Shown here: in pieces, positions 10,555 to 18,803 of the stretch
How positions within the stretch are numbered: the stretch's first letter is position 1
Layout of the letters: the number at the start of each line of letters is the position of its first letter
Translations under genes and position numbers: made by a program
The notes under the pieces: model-generated
The model's input: only the letters and a program-made list of their open reading frames with translations
The model's database searches: none
Told to the model about the DNA's origin: nothing
Origin: a bacterium
GTDB taxonomy: Bacteria > Patescibacteriota > Minisyncoccia > CAIUEV01
DNA: 42,568 bases
Assembly: GCA_021779255.1 (NCBI GenBank)
Contig: JAJYBC010000003.1
Location: 1-42,568, forward strand
Direction of reading: 5' to 3'

Positions 10555-10650
10555 TTAATAAGCAAAACGCTTATGACCTGACCAAGGCCAGCCGGTGTCG
10601 GCAAAGATTTCTTCGTATTCAAATTTTGGATCGTGGCATTGAAAAGACAT
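10555..10650 (-). pseudogene. Truncated duplicate of the methyltransferase 5' end (31-codon ORF MSFQCHDPKFEYEEIFADTGWPWSGHKRFAY*); copy 2 of the 93-bp repeat
   Basis: Matches the first 31 codons of 6917-9106 with 5 substitutions, then TAA at 10555-10557. Confidence 0.85.
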
Positions 10651-10674
10651 CGGATTTATTAGAGCAGAAATAAC

Positions 10675-10703
10675 TTGACAAGATTAAGATATCTGGTTAT
10701 ACT
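10675..10703 (+). promoter_or_regulatory. Near-consensus sigma70 promoter TTGACA-N17-TATACT
   Basis: -35 at 10675-10680 and -10 at 10698-10703; no plus-strand CDS follows. Confidence 0.65.
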
Positions 10704-10709
10704 TCTAGC

Positions 10710-10770
10710 ATAAAAGGACTTTCGGCCGTGGTTTATACACCACAAATTAGCGGAAAGTCTTTTTATTTTT
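10710..10770 (+). ncRNA. Candidate ~60-nt structured small RNA, or bidirectional terminator
   Basis: Outer stem AAAAGGACTTTC/GAAAGTCTTTTT, inner hairpin GTGGT-TTATAC-ACCAC, T-tract; begins about 7 nt after the -10 box. Confidence 0.4.
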
Positions 10771-10771
10771 A

Positions 10772-10800
10772 CTGGATCCCGCATTAAGTGCGGGATGACA
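10772..10800. repeat. Palindromic miniature repeat CTGGATCCCGCATTAAGTGCGGGATGACA (GTCAT..GATCCAG type)
   Basis: ATCCCGCA/TGCGGGAT stem; related degenerate copy at 21667-21697. Confidence 0.6.
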
Positions 10801-10845
10801 AGCTAAATAAATTTTGGTTAGAAAACTATATTTTTTTATGTTTTT

Positions 10846-10873
10846 ATTGTAGCAAACTTTTTCAAGATTACAA
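10846..10873 (-). promoter_or_regulatory. Possible sigma70 promoter TTGTAA-N16-TACAAT with extended -10 TG
   Basis: Motif match just downstream of the wzt stop, pointing toward the Schlafen-domain gene. Confidence 0.35.
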
Positions 10874-10881
10874 GATAAATT

Positions 10882-12237
10882 TTACCAGTGAAAATTCAAC
10901 TCGATCATCCCTTGTCGTTTAGATGTAGAGGCGATACGAAAAATTTTGGAACGATCAAGAAAATCAATGGTGTTTAATTCAGTACCCCTAAAAATACCCG
11001 CTTTGATATAGTAAGAATTGGTTTGTAAGGGATTTTTGGAATAGTTTATTTGAAAATACTTTTGCTTTAAAATTTTGGCCACCTCAATTTTATCAATGAA
11101 AGTATTCGTGCCGAAAATATAGTTATTTTCCTGAGTGAAAAGAGCAATGCCGAAATTCAAAATTTTGGCTGGTTTATTCTGTTTAAAATAGACTCTGACC
11201 GAGAGATCCTCCCCCGTTTTAAAAATATTTTTCACTTTGCCATCTTTGTCCAGAAATTCGACTTTGGTGATTTGGGCAATTTTCTTGGCTTGTCGGGGCA
11301 GGTCGCGTTGAGGTTGGGGCAGGTCGTGTTGAGGTTGGGGCAGGTCGTGTTGAGGTTGGGGCAGGTCGTGTTGAGGTTGGGGCAGGTCGTGTTGAGGTTG
11401 GGGCAGGTCGCGACCTGCCCTTACGGACGCCGCTTCGGCCTCTTTCTCGGCTTTTAATCGCAATCTTCTTTCTTCGTTAAATAATCTTTTCTCCTCGTCG
11501 CTCATGTTCTGATAGATATATTTATTGCCTACTTTTTCCGGGTCGCCAATCATAACGACTTTACCGGAACGCAGAAGCATGGCTCGATCACAGTAGCGTT
11601 GAACGGTGGCGATATCGTGCGTAACCAGAATAACCGTCTTGCCGGCGTCTTTGTACTTATTAAATTCTTCCATACATTTGGCTTGGAAATTGCTGTCTCC
11701 GACGGCCAGAACTTCGTCCATGAGGAGTATATCGCGATTAGCATGGATAGCCACGGAAAAAGCCAGTCTAACCTGCATACCGGAAGAATAATTTTTGACT
11801 TTTTGATCGATAAAACGTTTTAATTCGGAAAAAGAAACGATGTCATCAAATTTAGCGTCGATTTGTTTTTTGGTCAAACCTAAAACCGAGGCGTTAAGAT
11901 AGATATTATCACGACCGGAAAGTTCCGGATTGAAGCCGATGCCCAATTCCAAAAAAGGCGAGATTAAGCCGTCAACTTTTATTTTACCCGTATCGGGCGT
12001 ATAAATATTGGCTAGGATTTTGAGTAGCGTTGACTTGCCGGAACCGTTCCGGCCGATAATGCCAAAAAATTAGCCCTTTTTAATTTCAAAGGAAACATCG
12101 TTCAGCGCTTTGAATTTTTCATAACCCTTGTGGCCTCGAAAGGCACCAACAAAAGCCCCCCTGAGAGTTGAAACCTTTTCCTTGGGAATTTTGAAAGTCT
12201 TGGAAATATTTTGCACCGCAATAGCAATTTTGGACAT
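10882..12237 (-). pseudogene. wzt: Wzt/TagH-type polysaccharide ABC transporter ATPase with Wzt_C domain, interrupted by an in-frame TAA at codon 56
   Basis: Continuous frame MSKIAIAVQNISKTF...ALNDVSFEIKKG*FFGIIGRNGSGKSTLLK; YSSGM signature, LLMDEVLAVGD, VTHD; stop at 12070-12072. Confidence 0.85.
11292..11424. repeat. REP family B palindrome (11397-11424) preceded by five 21-bp tandem units, each holding one 14-bp arm; in frame, encodes (DLPQPQH)n
   Basis: Units GTTGGGGCAGGTCG+TGTTGAG at 11292 (variant), 11313, 11334, 11355 and 11376, then GTTGGGGCAGGTCG|CGACCTGCCCTTAC. Confidence 0.93.
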
Positions 12238-12288
12238 AGATTTATTCTAGCTTATTAATTTTAAATTTCCAAAAAACCAACAAGCTTT

Positions 12289-13458
12289 TTAATAAAAATT
12301 ATCTGCTGTCACCAACCGAACTTTTGCTTGAGAATATCTATTTTTGAAAGCTTTATTGACAGCTTTCCGTTTGTATTTTATTTCCACTCCAATTAATTCT
12401 TTGCCCCCATCCAACACTACATCCATTTCAGACCCTTGTTTAGTCCTCCAATAATAAAATTTAAAGTTTTTATCAAGATAGCTATTTTGCTTTATCAACT
12501 CGCTAGTTACAAAGTTTTCAAATAAAGCTCCTTTGTCGGTTCTCGAATTCAAATCCGAGAAATCCTCAATTAAAGCATTTCTGACTCCGGTATCATAAAA
12601 AAATATTTTTGTAGCTTTTGAAATTTCGTCTCTTTTATTTTTCGAATAAGGGTATAGTCGAAACAAAATAAAACTCTGTTCAAAAATTTCAATATACCTC
12701 TTGATCGTTCGCTGATCGGCTCTTAGACTTCTGGCCAATTCAGAATAATTGATTAAATTTCCAATTTGAAAAGCTAATAATTTTAATAAGTCTTTAGCCA
12801 GTTTTTTATCTTCAATTAAATTAAGCTCTAGAATATCTTTAAAAATTAAACTATCTACGAAATTTAACAAATATTTTTCATCATTCGGGTTTTTAATCAG
12901 ATGGGGGTATTGTCCGAAAATCAAGATATTATTCAAAATATTTTTTATATCAAATCTGTATAACAAATCTTTCGGATTATACTTTTTATCCTCAATTATT
13001 TTTTCGAAAATATTAAAGTTAAGCTTTTTTTCAATACCCTTTTGATTTAAATATTCAGAGAAGGTAAGAGGATAAATATTATAATCAATCTTCCTACCAG
13101 CCAAACTTTCTCCTGTTTTATTCTTAATATGGAAAGAAGATGATCCTGTAATAATAATTTTTATATTCACAATTTGATCATAAATGATCTTTATTGCTCG
13201 ACCGGGATTATCCAGCAGATGAATCTCGTCAATAATAATTTCTTTAAAGTTATTATTAATTAATGTTTTATATGTTTCAATATCATATGTTTCTAAAATT
13301 TTCTTAATGGGCTCATTGTCAACCAAAAAATAATTCGCTTTAGAAAATATTTTCTTTACTAAAGTTGTTTTCCCGACTTGCCGTGAGCCAAGCAGAATAA
13401 GCACTTGTTTATATTTTCCAAAATGCTTGTTCACTTTGAGATCAAGATGCCTTTTCAT
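12289..13458 (-). CDS. AAA_14 ATPase with DUF4143 (PD-(D/E)XK-like) C-terminal domain
   Basis: GSRQVGKT Walker A, IIDEIH, TGSS, ESLAGR, KIFFYDTG, GALFEN and EMDVV..GVEIK. Confidence 0.88.
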   Translation of the reverse strand: MKRHLDLKVNKHFGKYKQVLILLGSRQVGKTTLVKKIFSKANYFLVDNEPIKKILETYDIETYKTLINNNFKEIIIDEIHLLDNPGRAIKIIYDQIVNIKIIITGSSSFHIKNKTGESLAGRKIDYNIYPLTFSEYLNQKGIEKKLNFNIFEKIIEDKKYNPKDLLYRFDIKNILNNILIFGQYPHLIKNPNDEKYLLNFVDSLIFKDILELNLIEDKKLAKDLLKLLAFQIGNLINYSELARSLRADQRTIKRYIEIFEQSFILFRLYPYSKNKRDEISKATKIFFYDTGVRNALIEDFSDLNSRTDKGALFENFVTSELIKQNSYLDKNFKFYYWRTKQGSEMDVVLDGGKELIGVEIKYKRKAVNKAFKNRYSQAKVRLVTADNFY

Positions 13459-13506
13459 AATAAAATATTACTTTTTAGACATTGAATGCATAAATTAGTA
13501 TATCTA

Positions 13507-13534
13507 ATTATACATTTAATCTTGCTCTTGTCAA
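13507..13534 (-). promoter_or_regulatory. Consensus sigma70 promoter TTGACA-N16-TATAAT for the AAA_14 gene
   Basis: Perfect hexamers about 50 bp upstream of the ATG at 13458. Confidence 0.7.
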
Positions 13535-13544
13535 ATTTTTGCTC

Positions 13545-13907
13545 CTAGCGCTCGAGAGTCTGCTGTTTAATTTTTTGAGGTTTAAAAACTTCTTCAATCA
13601 GATATTGAAAAATTTGCCCAGCTTTGGGCGTGTTATCACGTTCGTAATTACAAACAAAGACGTCCATACTGGTATACTTTTCGTCGGCCCACGTATGAAA
13701 ACTGATATGCGATTCGGCTAAACAAACAACAGCGGTTATCGCATAGGGACCGAAAAAATGGTACACTTCTCCAAGATCTTTCAGACCGACTTCTTTGATT
13801 TTGCGACTGAGATTTTTTTTGAGTTTTTCTATTCCTTGGGGAGTCGCTAGCTCTGGGGAATAAGCGCAATCATAAAGATCGCCAATTAAGTGGATTCCGG
13901 TTTTCAT
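13545..13907 (-). CDS. speD: S-adenosylmethionine decarboxylase proenzyme
   Basis: G.HLIGDLYDC start, pyruvoyl self-cleavage site LAE-SHISFHTW, DVFVC. Confidence 0.88.
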   Translation of the reverse strand: MKTGIHLIGDLYDCAYSPELATPQGIEKLKKNLSRKIKEVGLKDLGEVYHFFGPYAITAVVCLAESHISFHTWADEKYTSMDVFVCNYERDNTPKAGQIFQYLIEEVFKPQKIKQQTLER

Positions 13908-14029
13908 TTAAGTGGCGTCCGCCAAGCCCCCGAGCTTAGACGGAACAGTTAAAAGTAAAAAGAAAACTTCTTTTTTTAATTATTTTTTACGATTAAGTCA
14001 AATATAAAGTATTTTTTTATTGCGTCCAA

Positions 14030-16609
14030 TTATTTAATACTCATATCGCTTTCGGCGGGAGCCGAGGAAGTGGCATTGCCCGATCCACTTTGGATTCTAA
14101 CTAAAATTTCTTGTTCTACTTCGGCTCGAGGACGTCCATAAGTTTGGCGAGAAAATTCTCTGACAGCCATAGCCGCAGTTGAGCTACCGGTGTCCAAAGG
14201 TAAACTTTTAAGACTGAAGGGTAAAGTGGCCTGACCGCTAACAATTATTTTAAGATAAGCATTAAAATTATCCAAATTCATCAAATCATAAGAGTTAAAA
14301 ACCGGCTCATACTGCTTGGCTACCATCTCAGCATCCTCCGGACCTACTCTGAAAGAAGCCATTGAGCCAACATTGCCAAAAACGGCATCACGAATTTTTT
14401 CGTCAAGTTGTTTTAGAAATTGATGAGCGATAACCAAATTTAAGCGATATTTACGCGCCTCGGACAAGATAGAAACAATCGAATTGGTGGTAAAATTATG
14501 AAACTCATCAATATAGAGGTAAAAATCTTTGCGTTCCTCTTCTGGCATATCAACTCGGCCCATAGCCGCAATCAAAATTTTACCGACCATAACCATACCA
14601 AGCAAATAGGCATTAAGCTCGCCAATCGTGCCTTTGCTGAGATTCATTAACACAATTTTCTGACCGTCCATAATTTCTCGCAGATTAAAAGAAGAGTGTT
14701 GTTGGGCAATAATCGGACGCATTACGTCGTTAGCGATAAAAGAAGTAAGTTTGCTGGTAATATAAGGCACCATATTGGCCAAGGCGGCCTCGCCACCCGC
14801 CTTCTCCGCTTCTTTAGTCCAGAAATTAACTACAATGGGGTCGGCACAATTTTTAAGCTTCATTTGGCGAAATTCGGGGTCTGAGAGCACTCGGGAAATT
14901 TCCAGCAGAGTGGAACCCGATTCGGGATGCGCCATTACCAGAAGCATAGCATTACGCATATACTGCTCAAACATTGGCCCGCCCACTTGGCGCATATCGT
15001 ACAATTTGTCAAAAATATCAATCATCTCGTTGATGACGAAAGTTTTCTGCTCGGGACGGTTATACTCCAACAAATTTAACCCCATTGGGCGTTCCGTATC
15101 GCCCGGATCAAACAAAATAACATCTTGAACTCTATTTTCCGGAATAAAAGTTAATATTTTATTGACTAACTCACCATGAGGATCAATTACACAAACGCCT
15201 TCGCCCGCTTCAATATCCTGTTTGATTAGACCGGCTAAAAAAGTTGATTTTCCGGTGCCAGTTTGACCAATCGTATAAAGATGCCGGCGTCGATCATCAC
15301 GGCTAATTTTAACGACCGTTTCTTGATCGCGAAAAATATTTTTCCCTAAATTTAAACCTTCTAAGGGCAAATTAGTAGGGCAGGGAGCTTGACGCGACTT
15401 GGACAAAAGAATACGCGGAGCGGCTTTTTGGACATTAATACCGAAGTGAAAGAGGCTGGACAACTCTTCGGTACAAAGAAGGGAATTTCTTTTGGGGCCA
15501 AAAACACGAAAGGTATAATCAAAAATCAAATCTTTAATTTTTTTGACTTCGATATTTTTAAAGCGATTGCCCTCAGGACTTTCAAACTGAATAAAAGCGT
15601 TGGCCATATCGGAAACGATAGCCTTAGCTCTTTCTTCGGTGGGGGACGAAGCTACAAGCCTGATACTCACAGCGAAAGAATTTTTTTTCGCTTTATTCTC
15701 AATGCTGTCTATAATTTTTTCTTCGCCGGAAGTTAGAATATGAGGCCCTTTACCGTTATCTAGCTGGTTTTTTTCGTTAACGGCGGATCCACCACCCAGA
15801 CTGTGCCAAAAATCTTTAAACATTTTCTTGGCTGGTTGACTAATTTTTTCTTTGGCTTGATCGAAAGTTTTGCCTTGTTTCATTTCGCGCGCAATTTCAC
15901 TCGCCAAAGATTTATAATCGGAAGCAAAAGGTCTAACCATAATTTGAATACTGGCGCCTTCTTTTTTAGGATCCAATTTGGTTAAAGAATTCGTTAGATT
16001 ATTCAAGGGATCGCTTTCTAAATCACGATAAGTTTTAAAAGGTAAATACGGCTCTTTGTCCAGTTTTAGATAAGCGCCCGCCACGTGGCCTTTGGGCGTA
16101 AAAATGTTATAACCACGGACTTGCTCCACCGAGACAAAAGAAAAAAAACTGTGAATTTGTTTTTCCACAAAATTAGCCTGATCACTAGGCACAGCCATAT
16201 AGAAAGCAATTCCTTCTTGATTGAAAGGCACCGCCATTTCCAACGTAAAATAGGGAAAACGCGCCCATCTTTGCCAAAAATTTTGTGGTCGAATACCGTT
16301 TAGCGTGGAAAAGAACTGCTCCATCACAGCAATTTTTTCTCGCGCCAAATCCAACGAATCGCTTCTGGCCTGAATTGAAGACGAATCGGCTGAATCTCCC
16401 ATCACCGGCACAGCAATCCGTAAGAGAGTAAAACGAAAGGAATAAGCTTTTGCTTTCTGGTAGCGTAAAAGCCAAAAAATAAGAAAAATTGCCGAAATAA
16501 AGATTAAGATAAGCAAAAAAAGAATAACCAAATCATAGTTGATATTTGACCAAAAATCCAACGTGACGCTGTTTATTTGACTATCGGTTTGAGTATTGGG
16601 AGTAAGCAT
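14030..16609 (-). CDS. VirD4/TraG/TrwB-like (HerA/FtsK superfamily) ATPase with N-terminal TM anchor
   Basis: RRRHLYTIGQTGTGKS, VIDPHG, LYIDEFHNF, LSEARKYRL and AHQ. Confidence 0.88.
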   Translation of the reverse strand: MLTPNTQTDSQINSVTLDFWSNINYDLVILFLLILIFISAIFLIFWLLRYQKAKAYSFRFTLLRIAVPVMGDSADSSSIQARSDSLDLAREKIAVMEQFFSTLNGIRPQNFWQRWARFPYFTLEMAVPFNQEGIAFYMAVPSDQANFVEKQIHSFFSFVSVEQVRGYNIFTPKGHVAGAYLKLDKEPYLPFKTYRDLESDPLNNLTNSLTKLDPKKEGASIQIMVRPFASDYKSLASEIAREMKQGKTFDQAKEKISQPAKKMFKDFWHSLGGGSAVNEKNQLDNGKGPHILTSGEEKIIDSIENKAKKNSFAVSIRLVASSPTEERAKAIVSDMANAFIQFESPEGNRFKNIEVKKIKDLIFDYTFRVFGPKRNSLLCTEELSSLFHFGINVQKAAPRILLSKSRQAPCPTNLPLEGLNLGKNIFRDQETVVKISRDDRRRHLYTIGQTGTGKSTFLAGLIKQDIEAGEGVCVIDPHGELVNKILTFIPENRVQDVILFDPGDTERPMGLNLLEYNRPEQKTFVINEMIDIFDKLYDMRQVGGPMFEQYMRNAMLLVMAHPESGSTLLEISRVLSDPEFRQMKLKNCADPIVVNFWTKEAEKAGGEAALANMVPYITSKLTSFIANDVMRPIIAQQHSSFNLREIMDGQKIVLMNLSKGTIGELNAYLLGMVMVGKILIAAMGRVDMPEEERKDFYLYIDEFHNFTTNSIVSILSEARKYRLNLVIAHQFLKQLDEKIRDAVFGNVGSMASFRVGPEDAEMVAKQYEPVFNSYDLMNLDNFNAYLKIIVSGQATLPFSLKSLPLDTGSSTAAMAVREFSRQTYGRPRAEVEQEILVRIQSGSGNATSSAPAESDMSIK

Positions 16610-16624
16610 TTATATTAATTTACT

Positions 16625-18679
16625 CTATTTATTTTTCAGCTCCGCCAACATCTTGCGCAGGTCTTCTTTATATTTCATTTTTTGCTCCTCAGAAATTTTA
16701 CTCACGTATTTGGAAGGTGGCGCCGGAGGAGCTTTAGGTGTGCTGTGAGTTCTTAAATTGGTATTTGGTTCAGATTTAGAATCGGTACTTTCGTTAGTTT
16801 TTCTTTGATTTTCTAACGCTCTTTGACGTCTAATTTCTCTTAAACAGTCTTTGCAATAGACTCCTCGATCGGCCTCGGGCTTGAAGGGAATTTTGGTTTT
16901 TTTACCACAACGATCGCAAGTTGCTTCGTGCCAAATAGTCGGCTTTTTCTCTCCTAGGTCTATGACTGGCGATTCTTGTAATTCAACCTTCTTTTCTTCC
17001 TTTTCATTTTCTGCTTTTTTTTTGTTCTTGTCCTCTGTTGTCTCTTCTACTGTCTCTGACGCTATTTCTTCGGCTAATTCTTCTTTAGCATTAGCTGCTG
17101 ATAGCGAATCCTCCATCTGTTGCTTTATTTCCGCTTCGATACCATCGCTTTCTTGGTCGCTAAAACCGACAATTTGTGAAGGCGACATAAATTTATCAGA
17201 AGAAGAATATTCGGATAAATTTTCATTTTTTTCATCCGAAAGAGGGTAATTTGTTGTTGAAACAACGTGAGAGGATTCCGTCCCTATTTTTTCGGACGAA
17301 TAATTATTCACTCCTGCAGAGAGATAGGATGATTCCGCCTCCACGGATTCGCCCATTTTCTCCTGTTTCATCTCTTCTTCGGTTAAACCAAAATTACGCG
17401 ACATCCATTTGGAAATTTTTTCCTCTACTTCTTTACGTGGATGACTATAGCGTTCACGCGAAACTTGAATCGCTTTTTCAACGTAAGAGACGACAGGGGC
17501 CTCAAAAGGAGGTAGGGATTTGGCGCTAAAAGCGTCGCCCGAAACTCCGTCAATCATCAATTTTAAATAAATCTGATACTTTGGTAAGTTGATAATATCG
17601 TTCATCATCACGGCCGGTTCAAATTCTTTTTCCAAGAATTCCGCATCCGCAGCGCCTACTCGAAAAGTTATTAAGGTACCAACGTTACCAAAAACCGCAT
17701 CTCGTACCTGTTCGTCTAACTGAGCAATATACTGATGGGCCACCGTTAAGTTTAGCCGATATTTTCGCGCCTCCGACAAAATACTAGCGAAAGATTCAGT
17801 CGCAAAATTTTGAAATTCATCAACGTAAAGATAAAAATCTCTTCGCGTCCCTTCGGCAATGTCTACTCGTTCCATAGCGGCTAAGTAAAGTCTGGTTACC
17901 ACCATACCGCCCAACAAAGCCATTGATTCTTCACCGATTTTGCCTTTGGATAGATTAACAATCAAAATTTTGCCTTCATCCATAATTTGTCGCATATTGA
18001 TTGTCGATTTGGTCTGACCAACAATGTGTCTGACAATTGGTGTCGAGATGAATTGACCAACTTTATTTTGAATAGCCGCCGTGGCTTCTCGGGCAAAACG
18101 TTGATCCCATTTGCCAAATTCTTCCAACCAAAAAGAACGGACAATAGGATCTTTGACTTTTTCGATCACCTGACTACGAAATTCTTTCTCGCTCATCATC
18201 CGGTTAATACCCAGCATGGTGCTACCCGGATAATCCAGTAAAGCTAAAATGGTGTTATTGAGGATATATTCCATTCGTGGACTCCAAACATCCGGCCAAA
18301 TTTTTTTAAAAACGCCCATCATTCCCGAAGCGATCAAATGTTTATGATCTTCGTCCACCGCTTCCAAGATGTTAAAAGCAACCGGATATTCTAAATCGGC
18401 CGGATTAAAATAAACAACATCGTTAACACGATCTTTGGGAATAAAATGCATAATTTCCTCGGCTGTATCGCCATGAGGATCGACAAAAGCTACCCCTCGC
18501 CCTTTTTTAATATCTTGAATAACCAGATTGCGTAACATAGCTGATTTTCCCATACCGGTTTTGCCGATCAAATACATATGACGTCGGCGATCATCCGGCT
18601 TGATCCCGAAAGACTTTTCTTCATTGCGATAGTCCGTCTTGGCAAAAATAGTGACATCTTCCTCCTTGATGCTAGCCAT
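16625..18679 (-). CDS. VirD4/TraG-like ATPase with acidic linker and C-terminal CxxC-x17-CxxC domain
   Basis: RRRHMYLIGKTGMGKS, VDPHGD and LYVDEFQNF; CDRC-x17-CKDC. Confidence 0.88.
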   Translation of the reverse strand: MASIKEEDVTIFAKTDYRNEEKSFGIKPDDRRRHMYLIGKTGMGKSAMLRNLVIQDIKKGRGVAFVDPHGDTAEEIMHFIPKDRVNDVVYFNPADLEYPVAFNILEAVDEDHKHLIASGMMGVFKKIWPDVWSPRMEYILNNTILALLDYPGSTMLGINRMMSEKEFRSQVIEKVKDPIVRSFWLEEFGKWDQRFAREATAAIQNKVGQFISTPIVRHIVGQTKSTINMRQIMDEGKILIVNLSKGKIGEESMALLGGMVVTRLYLAAMERVDIAEGTRRDFYLYVDEFQNFATESFASILSEARKYRLNLTVAHQYIAQLDEQVRDAVFGNVGTLITFRVGAADAEFLEKEFEPAVMMNDIINLPKYQIYLKLMIDGVSGDAFSAKSLPPFEAPVVSYVEKAIQVSRERYSHPRKEVEEKISKWMSRNFGLTEEEMKQEKMGESVEAESSYLSAGVNNYSSEKIGTESSHVVSTTNYPLSDEKNENLSEYSSSDKFMSPSQIVGFSDQESDGIEAEIKQQMEDSLSAANAKEELAEEIASETVEETTEDKNKKKAENEKEEKKVELQESPVIDLGEKKPTIWHEATCDRCGKKTKIPFKPEADRGVYCKDCLREIRRQRALENQRKTNESTDSKSEPNTNLRTHSTPKAPPAPPSKYVSKISEEQKMKYKEDLRKMLAELKNK

Positions 18680-18707
18680 GAATAAGTTTGTAAAGTTTAT
18701 AAACTAT

Positions 18708-18796
18708 TGGTACCGAAGGTGGGAATCGAACCCACACGAGGGGTGAACCTCAAGGGATTTTAAGTCCCTCGCGTCTGCCAATTCCGCCACTCCGGC
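18708..18796 (-). tRNA. tRNA-Leu (anticodon TAA), CCA encoded
   Basis: GCCGGAGTGGCGGAATTGGCAGACGCG-AGGGA-CTTAAAA-TCCCT-long variable arm-GTGGGTTCGATTCCCAC-CTTCGGT-ACCA. Confidence 0.97.
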
Positions 18797-18803
18797 TTTG
18801 TGT

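Noticed and set aside
8196-11424. Tandem repeats as a CRISPR array
   Set aside because: Units are contiguous with no unique spacers, lie in frame within genes, and no cas1/cas2 is present
10882-11952. ORF-track 356-aa protein as the complete ABC ATPase
   Set aside because: It lacks Walker A, which lies upstream in the same frame; the real start is 12237
12070-12072. Stop-codon reassignment explaining the wzt interruption
   Set aside because: TAA, TAG and TGA all terminate well-recognised genes in this window; only this one internal stop was seen
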